A stretch of DNA of 64,000 nucleotides. Origin: Thermoanaerobaculia bacterium (GTDB lineage: Bacteria > Acidobacteriota > Thermoanaerobaculia > Multivoradales > UBA5704). The position numbers were made by a program, and so were the translations under genes. The stretch lies in contig DASPXX010000293.1 of the NCBI GenBank assembly GCA_035637095.1, positions 284 through 64,283 on the forward strand. Direction: 5' to 3'. Below, piece by piece: positions 31,881 to 39,694 of the stretch (position 1 is the first letter of the stretch; each line of letters opens with the position of its first letter). Under the pieces are notes generated by a model. That model saw only the letters and a program-made list of their open reading frames with translations. It was not told the DNA's origin and did no database searches.

Positions 31881-34800
31881 GGGGCTGGTGCAGGGTGGCA
31901 CTCTGGAGATCTTCCCGGGTGGGGCGGCGGCCGCCGCCGCGCTTCCCGCTCCGGGACGCGAGCGCTTCCAGCCGCTGCGCGCCGGCATCCTCAACATCTG
32001 GCAGTACGACGAGCAGGAGCTGCGCTTCCACCAGGGGCGGCTCATCCTGCGCGGCGAGAACGGGAGCGGCAAGTCGAAGGCGCTGGAGGTGCTCCTCCCC
32101 TTCCTCTTCGATGCGGACCTCTCGCCGCAGCGCCTCGATCCGTTCGGCGGCACCTCGCGCTCCATGGAGTGGAACCTGCTCCAGGACGGCCGCTTCGAGA
32201 GCCGCGTCGGCTACGTCTGGCTGGAGCTGGGACGGTGCGGCGACGGCGCGGAGGTCTGCTGGACTCTCGGCTGCGGGCTGCGCGCCACGCAGCGGACCCG
32301 CCGGGTCGAGGCCTGGTACTTCCTCACCCGCCGCCGGGTGGGCCGCGATCTCTTCCTCCTCTCCGCGCAGCGGACCCCCCTCCTCAAGGACCAGCTCCGG
32401 CAGCAGATCGGCGAGGAGGGCTGGGTCTTCGACACCGGCCGCGACTACCGCGAGAAGCTCGACATCCAGATCTTCGGCCTGGGCGAGGACCGTTTCGCGA
32501 CGCTGCGCCACCTCCTGCTGCAGCTCCGGCGGCCGCATCTGTCCGAGCGGCTCGATCCTGCCACGCTCGCGGAGATCCTCAAGGAGAGCCTGCCGCCCCT
32601 CGATACCGATCTCATCGGCCAGCTTTCGGAGAGCTTCGAGCGGCTGGACAACGAGCAGAAGGAGCTGGCCCGGGTCGAGGCCGCGGTGGCCGGCGTGGCC
32701 GCGTTCCTGGAGACCTACCGGGAGTACGGCCGCGGGATCGCGCGCGCCCGCTCCGCCGAGGTGCGCCAGACCGACAGCCGCTATCACAAGACCGCCGCCG
32801 AGGTCCGCGAAGCCGAGGAGGAGCGCGAGCGGCTGGACGGCGGTCTCGCCGATCTGGGAGAGCGCGAGAGCGACCTGGAGGCGGAGACCGCGGCGGTCCG
32901 CGGCAAGCTCCAGGGTCTGGAGAAGTCGGACCTCATGCGCTCGGCCGAGGCGCTCCAGGCCCAGCGCGAGCACGCCGAGGTCCTGGCGCAGCGGGCCTCC
33001 CAGGAGCGGGAGGACGCCAACCGGGAAGCGCAGCGGCAGGAGGACCGCCGGCGGGACTTCGACAGCGCGGAAGCGGAGGCGCGGCGGTCGACGGCCGAGC
33101 GGGAGGCGGCGGCCGCCCTGGCGCTCGCCGCGGCCCGGGAAGCCGGTCTCGAGGCATTGGCCGCGGCCGCCCTGGCCGCGCTGTCCGAGCGGGCCGCGGC
33201 GGCCGAGGCCCTGGTGCGCGCCGCGGTCCACCGCCAGGAGGAGGGGATCGCCGAGCTGCGCCGGCTGGCCCAGGATCGCGATCGGGCGGAGCGGCAGGAG
33301 GAGCGCAGCGAGGAGAAGCTGCGCGAGGCGGATGCCCGGCTGCGCCAGGCCGTGGCACGCAGCCTGGCCGCCCGCGCCGAGGTGGAGCGCCAGCGGCAGC
33401 AGCTCGAGGAGGCGTTGGCCGGCTGGCAGGCGGGTCTGGTCGAGATGGATCTCGACGCGGCAGCTCTGGAGCCTCTGCTCGACCGCATCCAGGCGATCGC
33501 CGGCGGCGAGGAGGTCGACCTGGCAGGAGCGGTTGCCGCGCTGGCGGCGCCGCGGCGGGACGCCCTGGTCCGCGAGCGGGCCGCGCTGGAGGAGGAGGTC
33601 GCACGGGTCGCCGCCGAGCGGCGTGCTGTAGACGAGGAGCGGCGGCGTGTGGAATCTGCCCGCGAGCTCGGCCCGGAGCCGCCGCGGACCCGGGAGAGCG
33701 ACCGGACGGAGAGGCCCGGGGCGCCCCTCTATCTGCTCTGCGAATTCACCGAAAGGCTCGGCGCGGAGGAGCGGGCGGGCCTCGAAGCCGCCCTGGAGGC
33801 CTCGGGGCTCCTCGACGCGTGGGTCCTGCCCGACGGCGGCGTGCTCTCGCCCGGCACCCTCGACACGTTCCTGGTTCCGGCCGATCTCGTCACCGAGACG
33901 AGCCTGGCCAATCTCCTGCGGCCGGCGCCGGATCATGGCGTGGAGCGTGAGGTGATCGAGGCGGTCCTCCGCTCGATCGAGGTCGGACCTGCCGGGGCCG
34001 GTTTTTCCTCGGTCGGAAAGGACGGCGCGTTCCGGCTCGGACCGCTCTCCGGCGCCTGGGCCAAGCCGGTGGCCGAGCACGTGGGCGCCGGTGCCCGCGA
34101 GGCGGCCCGCGCCCGGCGCCTGGCCGAGATCGCCGCACAGCTGGAGGAGCTCAATCGGCGGCTCGCCGGGCTGGCAGCCCAGGGAGAAACCCTGGACGCC
34201 CGGCTCGCGCGCCTGGATCACGAAGCCCTTGCCGCGCCCTCCGCGTCCCCGCTGACCCGGGCGGTCCATCAGGCGGCGGCAGCGACGAGCGAAGAGATCC
34301 GCCAGCGGACCGAGCGGGACGCCGCCGAACAGGAGACCGCCGCGGCGCGGGCTGCCCGGCAGGCCGCCGAGCGGCGGCTCGCAGCCCGGGCGCGCGAGCT
34401 CGACTTGGCGGGCTGGCTCGACGATCTGGAAGGCGCGCGCCTGAGCCTCCTCCGTTTCGAGACCGGCTTCCGCGAGCTGGTCCGTGCCGCGGCGTCCGCG
34501 GTCGCCGCAACGGAGCGCAGCGAGCGGGCGCGCCAGCTCCTGGACGAGGCGGCCTCCCGCGCGGCGGAGCTGCGGTCGCGGGCCCAGGAGAGCGCCGCGG
34601 CGGCACAGTCCGCGGCGGCGGAATACGCGACGCTCGAAGCCACGGTGGGGGTCGAGGCGCGGGAGGTCCTGGAGCTCCATCGCGCGGAGAGCCGCCGGCT
34701 CGGCGATCTCGAGCATCGGGAGAAACGGCTGGGCGAGGAGATCCAGACGGCCCGCGAGCAGCGGGCCCGCATCCGCGAGCGTCTGGAGCTCCGGCAGGTC

Positions 34801-35949
34801 GAGCTGGCGGAGCGCGAAGCCGAGCGCGCCGGGGCGGTGGCGCGGCTGGGGAGATGGGTGGATGCCGGCCTGCTTCCCCTGGTGCTCGGCGAGAGCGCGG
34901 AGCCGCCGCCGGCCTGGTCGCTCACCCGCGCCCTCGACCTCGCCCGCGAGATCGAGAAGGCGACCGCCAACGTGGACCTGGGGCCGGAGGCCGCGAACCG
35001 CCGGGTCAACCGGCTGCACGAGCAGTTCCGTCTCCTCGCCGCCGATCTGGGCGCCGACTACCAGCCGAGCCTCGACCAGGACGAGGACCTGGTCCGGGCC
35101 CGGGTGGGCTACAACGGCCGCGAGTACGACGTCCCCGGCCTCCTCGCCACCCTCCGCGAAAACCTGGAGGTCCGCCGCAACCTGCTCGCCGAGCACGAGC
35201 GAGAAGTCCTCCGGCGCTATCTGTTGGGCGAGGTGGGCGACCACCTGCGCCACCGCCTCCGCGAGGCCCGCGCCCTGGTGGAGGAGATGAACCGGCTGCT
35301 GGAGGAGTGCCGGACGGCCTCGGGGCTGACCTTGAAGCTCGCCTGGGAGCCGACGCCTGAGGCCGCTCCCGAGATCCGCGATGCGGTGCAGCTGATCCGC
35401 CAGGACCTCGCCCTCCTCGCCGACCACGACCGCCGCCGGCTGGAGGCCTTCTTCCAGGCGAGGATCTCGGAAGCCCGCCAGCAGTGGGAGGCCGTGCCGT
35501 GGCGCGAGCACCTGATGGCGGCCCTCGACTACCGTGCCTGGCACCGCTTCCGGATCCTCCGCCGCACCGGCGACGACAGCGGCTGGATCGAGCTCACCCG
35601 CCGCGGCCATGGCGCCAGCTCCGGGGGCGAGAAGGCGGTGGCTCTCCACCTTCCCCTGTTCGCCGCGGCCGCGGCCCACTACCGCTCGGCGCTCCCCACC
35701 GCGCCGCGCGTCATCCTGCTCGACGAGGCGTTCGCCGGCATCGACCAGCGGATGCGGGGGCGCTGCATGGGCCTGCTGGTCGATTTCGATCTCGACTTCA
35801 TGATGACCAGCCATGAGGAATGGGGCTGCTACGAAGAGCTGCCCGGGGTGGCGACCTACCAGCTCTACCGCGATCCGGCTCTCGACGGCGTGGCGGCCGT
35901 GCGCTTCGTCTGGTCGGGCCACTCTCTCCGGGAGGACCCGGCGGGGTGA
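31873..35949 (+). CDS. jetC: JetC-like SMC-family ATPase (TIGR02680 type, 1358 aa)
   Basis: N-terminal Walker A ..LILRGENGSGKSKALEVLLPFLFDADLSPQRLDPFG... Very long Ala/Glu/Arg-rich coiled-coil middle. C-terminal ..SSGGEKAVALHLPLFAAAAAHY...RVILLDEAFAGIDQRMR... (ABC signature-like SGGEK plus Walker B LLDEAF). This SMC/RecN-like architecture matches TIGR02680. Confidence 0.8.
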   Translation: MDEGLVQGGTLEIFPGGAAAAAALPAPGRERFQPLRAGILNIWQYDEQELRFHQGRLILRGENGSGKSKALEVLLPFLFDADLSPQRLDPFGGTSRSMEWNLLQDGRFESRVGYVWLELGRCGDGAEVCWTLGCGLRATQRTRRVEAWYFLTRRRVGRDLFLLSAQRTPLLKDQLRQQIGEEGWVFDTGRDYREKLDIQIFGLGEDRFATLRHLLLQLRRPHLSERLDPATLAEILKESLPPLDTDLIGQLSESFERLDNEQKELARVEAAVAGVAAFLETYREYGRGIARARSAEVRQTDSRYHKTAAEVREAEEERERLDGGLADLGERESDLEAETAAVRGKLQGLEKSDLMRSAEALQAQREHAEVLAQRASQEREDANREAQRQEDRRRDFDSAEAEARRSTAEREAAAALALAAAREAGLEALAAAALAALSERAAAAEALVRAAVHRQEEGIAELRRLAQDRDRAERQEERSEEKLREADARLRQAVARSLAARAEVERQRQQLEEALAGWQAGLVEMDLDAAALEPLLDRIQAIAGGEEVDLAGAVAALAAPRRDALVRERAALEEEVARVAAERRAVDEERRRVESARELGPEPPRTRESDRTERPGAPLYLLCEFTERLGAEERAGLEAALEASGLLDAWVLPDGGVLSPGTLDTFLVPADLVTETSLANLLRPAPDHGVEREVIEAVLRSIEVGPAGAGFSSVGKDGAFRLGPLSGAWAKPVAEHVGAGAREAARARRLAEIAAQLEELNRRLAGLAAQGETLDARLARLDHEALAAPSASPLTRAVHQAAAATSEEIRQRTERDAAEQETAAARAARQAAERRLAARARELDLAGWLDDLEGARLSLLRFETGFRELVRAAASAVAATERSERARQLLDEAASRAAELRSRAQESAAAAQSAAAEYATLEATVGVEAREVLELHRAESRRLGDLEHREKRLGEEIQTAREQRARIRERLELRQVELAEREAERAGAVARLGRWVDAGLLPLVLGESAEPPPAWSLTRALDLAREIEKATANVDLGPEAANRRVNRLHEQFRLLAADLGADYQPSLDQDEDLVRARVGYNGREYDVPGLLATLRENLEVRRNLLAEHEREVLRRYLLGEVGDHLRHRLREARALVEEMNRLLEECRTASGLTLKLAWEPTPEAAPEIRDAVQLIRQDLALLADHDRRRLEAFFQARISEARQQWEAVPWREHLMAALDYRAWHRFRILRRTGDDSGWIELTRRGHGASSGGEKAVALHLPLFAAAAAHYRSALPTAPRVILLDEAFAGIDQRMRGRCMGLLVDFDLDFMMTSHEEWGCYEELPGVATYQLYRDPALDGVAAVRFVWSGHSLREDPAG

Positions 35950-37214
35950 GCGCGGAGGCCGGGGAGCTCCTCCGTTTCCTGGGCCGGCGGGAGCTGCGGC
36001 GGCTCTGGATGGAGGTCCGCGACCGGCTGGAGCGCTTGGGCGGCCTCCGCGGAACGGTGCTCCTCGCCGATGCCGGGGAGGAGGAGAGGCGGATGGTGGC
36101 GGACCTCCTCGGTCTGGCGACCGTCCCAGGGGGCGAGCTCCGCATCCGGCTCGACCGCCTCGACCGAGTCCTCCGGGAGTCCCGGTTCGCGGTCGACCTG
36201 CGCACGGCCGTGGAGCTTCTGGGCGGACCGCTGCGCGACCGGCCGGGCGAGCGGGCCGAGGAACGCGAACGCCGCCAGAAGCTCTGGGAAGACGCCGCCC
36301 GCCATCCGGTCGTCGCCGCCCGCCCCGCCCTCCAGCTCTGGCTCGACGCTCTGCGATCGGGCGGGCTGTTGCGGCGGCTGGCCGGCCACGGTGGCGAGCG
36401 GCTTCTCCTGGAGCAGGCGCTCGCCGTCCTCGCCGCGCTCTCCCGCCGCCCGGACGCGGTCCGTCTGCCCGTCCTCGCCAGCGAGGTGCTCGGCGACAGC
36501 CATGCTCTGGACGCCGGCCGCCCGGTGACCACCCTGGTCCTCAAGGCGCTCGCCCGCGAGGCCGATCTTCAGCCGCCGCGGGGCGCCGCCGAGCGCCGCC
36601 AGCTGTGGGAGCAGGCCGGAGTGGTGGCGGACGACCTGAGCTGCCAGGTGCTGGTCCTGGGCCTTGCGCCCGTCGGGGGCGGACCTGTCGGTGAAAGCCT
36701 CCGCGCCCTGGCGGCGGCGGGAGAGCCGGCGCGCATCACCTTGCGCCAGCTCCTCAACGGAGATCTCGCGTTCCCTCCCGGTCTCGAGGTCCGCATCTGC
36801 GAAAACCCGGTCGTGGTCGCCGCCGCGGCGGACCGTTGGGGTCCTGCCTGCCCGCCGCTCCTCTGCCTCGAAGGCTTCGCGAGCTATGCCGCCCACACAC
36901 TCCTGGCGCGGCTCGCGCGACACGGCGCCGTCTTCCGCTATCACGGAGATTTCGACTGGGATGGGTTGCGGATCGCCAACAAGCTGCGCGAGGTCGTGCC
37001 GTTCCAGCCCTGGCGCTTCACGACGGCCGACTACCGAGCGGCTCTCACCGCCGGGGGTGAGCGGCCCTCGCTCCACGGGTACCCCGCGGTGGCTTCATGG
37101 GATACGGAGCTCGGCGGCGCCCTCGCGGAGGCCGGCTTGGCGGTGGAAGAGGAGACGGTCCTCGGCGGTCTGCTCGGTGACCTGGCAAAAGTCCCTCTCA
37201 GGGAAAGATCGTGA
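35946..37214 (+). CDS. jetD: JetD-like protein with C-terminal Toprim-type domain (TIGR02679/DUF2399 type)
   Basis: GTG start overlapping the jetC stop (gGTGAgc). C-terminal ..LCLEGFASYAAHTLLARLARHGAVFRYHGDFDWDGLRIANKLREVVPFQPW.. has a Toprim-like acidic motif (E...GDFDWDG). Size and position are consistent with the fourth gene of the cassette. Confidence 0.6.
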   Translation: MSAEAGELLRFLGRRELRRLWMEVRDRLERLGGLRGTVLLADAGEEERRMVADLLGLATVPGGELRIRLDRLDRVLRESRFAVDLRTAVELLGGPLRDRPGERAEERERRQKLWEDAARHPVVAARPALQLWLDALRSGGLLRRLAGHGGERLLLEQALAVLAALSRRPDAVRLPVLASEVLGDSHALDAGRPVTTLVLKALAREADLQPPRGAAERRQLWEQAGVVADDLSCQVLVLGLAPVGGGPVGESLRALAAAGEPARITLRQLLNGDLAFPPGLEVRICENPVVVAAAADRWGPACPPLLCLEGFASYAAHTLLARLARHGAVFRYHGDFDWDGLRIANKLREVVPFQPWRFTTADYRAALTAGGERPSLHGYPAVASWDTELGGALAEAGLAVEEETVLGGLLGDLAKVPLRERS

Positions 37215-37261
37215 CCGGCGTGCCGACCGGTACCGGTCGAACAGCTCTCTCATGCCCGGAT

Positions 37262-37500
37262 CGGACGGGCCATCTGTTCCGAGATATGGGCCACCTGCTC
37301 CGCGGAACGAGACCCCGTTCCGCGGTACGGGTCACCTGCTCCGAGGTACAGGCCATCTGTTCCGCGGAGCGAGCCGCCTGTTCCGTGGAGCGAGCTGTCC
37401 ATTCCGCGGAGCGAGCCTCCTGTTCCACCGGGCGAAGCCCCGCTCCGAGGAACGAGCCTCCCGTTCCGCGGAACGGATCACCCGCTCCATGGAACGGGAA
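37262..37500. repeat. Field of about 11 degenerate tandem repeats with a palindromic TCCGCGGA core
   Basis: ctgttccgagatatgg / ctgctccgcggaacgag / cgttccgcggtacggg / ctgctccgaggtacagg / ctgttccgcggagcgag / ctgttccgtggagcgag / cattccgcggagcgag / ctgttccaccgggcgaag / cgctccgaggaacgag / ccgttccgcggaacgg / cgctccatggaacggg. Period about 21-24 bp. Lies immediately downstream of jetD. A perfect 16-bp palindrome CGACCGGTACCGGTCG precedes it at about 37226. Confidence 0.65.
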
Positions 37501-37644
37501 GCCCACATCCTGGACCTCGCCGCGGACGTCATGGGGCGGACCGCCTCCAGCGCAGGGTGTGGGGGGTGGTGGATGGGATTTGTACGGGAAGGCAGGATGG
37601 GACGGGAGAGGCCGTATACTAGAGCCTACTGGAGGGGAGGAACC

Positions 37645-37953
37645 ATGCCGCGTCCGCACATTTTCCATGTGGTGTTCTTCAAGGACAGAGATTGGTGGGT
37701 CGCCCAGTGTCTTGAGCGAAATCTCGCAACGGCTTCTCAAGACCCGAAAGACCTGCCGAGCAAGCTTGAGACTGTACTGAAGGTCCAGATCGAGGCCGAT
37801 CAGGAGGCGGGCATCGAGCCCTTCAGTGCCTTGCCGCAGGCACCACGCCGCTTTTGGCAGATGTTCCAACGCGCCGAGCTCTGGCAGCTCGATGAGGGCA
37901 TGGCAGAGCCGCCCGTCAATACTCCGGCGTGGACCGAGCTGGCGGTAGCCTAG
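37645..37953 (+). CDS. HicB-like (UPF0150) antitoxin-family protein
   Basis: SD GGAGGggaGGaaccATG. MPRPHIFHVVFFKDRDWWVAQCLERNLATASQDPKDLPSKLETVLKVQIEADQEAGIEPFSALPQAP.. follows the UPF0150/HicB pattern (..viek.edg.wva.vpelpg..tqG.t.eEal.n.keaie..le...e.g.p.P). Confidence 0.5.
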   Translation: MPRPHIFHVVFFKDRDWWVAQCLERNLATASQDPKDLPSKLETVLKVQIEADQEAGIEPFSALPQAPRRFWQMFQRAELWQLDEGMAEPPVNTPAWTELAVA

Positions 37954-38207
37954 TCGTCCGGTAACGGATTCAGCCCAAGCAGGGTTGCATCGAAACCCAG
38001 ATTTTCGCAGTGAGCCTCTTGTTCTCTTGGTGACAGAAGGGCGTTCGGCCCCTTGTCACCCAGGGAAGTCCTTTCTCCCGCCGGGCCTTCCAGAAAGAAT
38101 CCGCTCTTGTTTTGCCTCAGCACCACCTTGAAACCGCTGATGTGGTCCAGCTCGTTCATGAACTGTCTCACAGTTCGCTCGTGACTCAACGACCTCCCTC
38201 CATCCAT
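37950..38207 (-). CDS. Divergent HicA/YcfA-like small protein (lacks the canonical GSH motif)
   Basis: Internal start of ORF 37950..38339, whose N-terminal part overlaps the tRNA and is spurious. MDGGRSLSHERTVRQFMNELDHISGFKVVLRQNKSGFFLEGPAGERTSLGDKGPNALLSPREQEAHCENLGFDATLLGL resembles HicA (..LeknGfelvRqkGSHhif.hP..gr.vTvP....l...tl.sIlkqaGl) but has KSG instead of GSH. Convergent with the hicB-like gene and overlapping it by 4 nt. Confidence 0.3.
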   Translation of the reverse strand: MDGGRSLSHERTVRQFMNELDHISGFKVVLRQNKSGFFLEGPAGERTSLGDKGPNALLSPREQEAHCENLGFDATLLGLNPLPDD

Positions 38208-38255
38208 GAGCGGCGTCTGAACAGCATTACCCCTGGGCCAGGCGCTTTCAACAAA

Positions 38256-38345
38256 TGGCGGAGGGGGTGGGATTCGAACCCACGGGCCGCGTGAACGACC
38301 GGCGGTTTTCAAGACCGCTGCTTTAGACCGCTCAGCCACCCCTCC
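38256..38345 (-). tRNA. tRNA-Ser (anticodon UGA), 90 nt with a long variable arm and encoded CCA
   Basis: Reverse complement GGAGGGGTGGCTGAGCGGTCTAAAGCAGCGGTCTTGAAAACCGCCGGTCGTTCACGCGGCCCGTGGGTTCGAATCCCACCCCCTCCGCCA. 7-bp acceptor stem GGAGGGG/CCCCTCC, anticodon loop CTTGAAA (TGA), T-arm GTGGG-TTCGAAT-CCCAC, long variable arm, discriminator G plus CCA. Confidence 0.85.
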
Positions 38346-38358
38346 GTGATCTGGAAGC

Positions 38359-39642
38359 TTACTTGGTGGGCTCGATCCTCTCCAAACCGCCCATCCAGGG
38401 ACGCAGCGCCTCGGGGATCAACACCGTGCCGTCCTCCTGCTGGTAGTTCTCCAGGATCGCCACCAGCGTCCGCCCCACGGCGAGGCCCGAGCCGTTCAGG
38501 GTGTGCAGGAGCTTCGCCTTGCCGCCGCCGGCCGGCCGGTAGCGCAGGTTCGCCCGCCTCGCCTGGAAATCCTCGCAGTTGCTGCAGGAGGAGATCTCCC
38601 GGTAGGCGTCCTGGGCGGGCAGCCAGACCTCGATGTCGTGCGTCTTCGCCGCGCCGAAGCCCATGTCCCCGGTCGAGAGCGTGACCACCCGGTAGGGGAG
38701 CCCCAGGCGCTCGAGGACCTTCTCGGCGTTGCCGGTCAGCTCGGCGAGGGCGTCGTAGCTCGTCTCCTGGGTGGTCAGGTGCACCAGCTCGACCTTGTTG
38801 AACTGGTGCTGGCGGATCAGGCCGCGGACGTCCTTGCCGTAGGAGCCGGCCTCACTGCGGAAGCAGGGGGTCCAGGCGGTGAAGCGGACGGGCAGACGCT
38901 CTTCGTCCAGGGTCTCGTCGCGGTAGAGATTGGTCAGCGGCACTTCGGCCGTGGGAACCAGGAAGTAGTTGGTCCCTTCCAGATGGAAGAGGTCCTGCTC
39001 GAACTTGGGGAGCTGGCCGGTGCCGGTCAGGCTCTCGCGGCTGACGATGAACGGCGGCAGGACCTCGGTGTAGCCGTGCTCGCGGGTGTGGAGGTCGAGC
39101 ATGAAGTTGATCAGCGCCCTTTCGAGGCGGGCGCCGGCGCCGAAGTAGGCGGTGAAGCGGGCGCCGGCCACCTTGGCGCCGCGCTCGAAATCGAGGATGC
39201 CGAGCGCCGGGCCGAGGTCCCAGTGGGCCTTGGGCGTGAAATCGAAACGGCGCGGCTCGCCGACCACCCGCTCGACGCGGTTGGCCGACTCGTCGGGGCC
39301 GACCGGCACGCTCTCGTGCGGCAGGTTGGGGAGCGAGAGCTCGACGGCGGCCATCTCGGGATCGAGAGCGGCGAGACGGGCCTCCAACTCCTCGATGCGC
39401 TCCTTCATCCGGCCGACGGCGGCGATCTCGGCCGAGGCGTCGCCTCCCTGCTGCTTGACCTTGCCGATGGCGCGGCTCGCCTCGTTGCGCTGCCGCTTCA
39501 AGTCTTCGACCTCGACGAGGTCGGTCCGCCGCTCGGCGTCGAGGCGCAGCCACTCGTCGAGCAGGGCCGGGTCGGTGTTCCGGGTCGCCAGGGCCTGGCG
39601 GACCTTGTCGGGGTTGTCGCGCAAAAGGTCTCGGGAAAGCAT
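38359..39642 (-). CDS. serS: Seryl-tRNA synthetase
   Basis: From the internal ATG: [39 protein letters not shown].. (N-terminal coiled-coil arm). Class II catalytic core with ..[34 protein letters not shown].. and ..[20 protein letters not shown]... The extra 107 N-terminal codons of the listed ORF are Ala/Ser-rich and unlikely to be translated. Confidence 0.9.
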   Translation of the reverse strand: MLSRDLLRDNPDKVRQALATRNTDPALLDEWLRLDAERRTDLVEVEDLKRQRNEASRAIGKVKQQGGDASAEIAAVGRMKERIEELEARLAALDPEMAAVELSLPNLPHESVPVGPDESANRVERVVGEPRRFDFTPKAHWDLGPALGILDFERGAKVAGARFTAYFGAGARLERALINFMLDLHTREHGYTEVLPPFIVSRESLTGTGQLPKFEQDLFHLEGTNYFLVPTAEVPLTNLYRDETLDEERLPVRFTAWTPCFRSEAGSYGKDVRGLIRQHQFNKVELVHLTTQETSYDALAELTGNAEKVLERLGLPYRVVTLSTGDMGFGAAKTHDIEVWLPAQDAYREISSCSNCEDFQARRANLRYRPAGGGKAKLLHTLNGSGLAVGRTLVAILENYQQEDGTVLIPEALRPWMGGLERIEPTK

Positions 39643-39694
39643 GATGGCGAAGTCTATATCAGGCCCCGGGCGACGCTCAGCCCCTCGTTTCCGT

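Noticed and set aside
31432-35922. 1496-aa ORF antisense to jetC, and other long antisense ORFs (24159..26435, 39677..43201, 17945..19585, 9145..10410, 22240..23304, 45850..47022)
   Set aside because: All are compositionally biased (R/G/P/A-rich), lack SD sequences and domain motifs, and each overlaps a sense-strand gene with clear family signatures.
37950-38339. Full-length 129-aa ORF reported on the minus strand
   Set aside because: Its first about 45 codons overlap the tRNA-Ser gene (38256-38345). Only the 3' part (HicA-like) is plausible.
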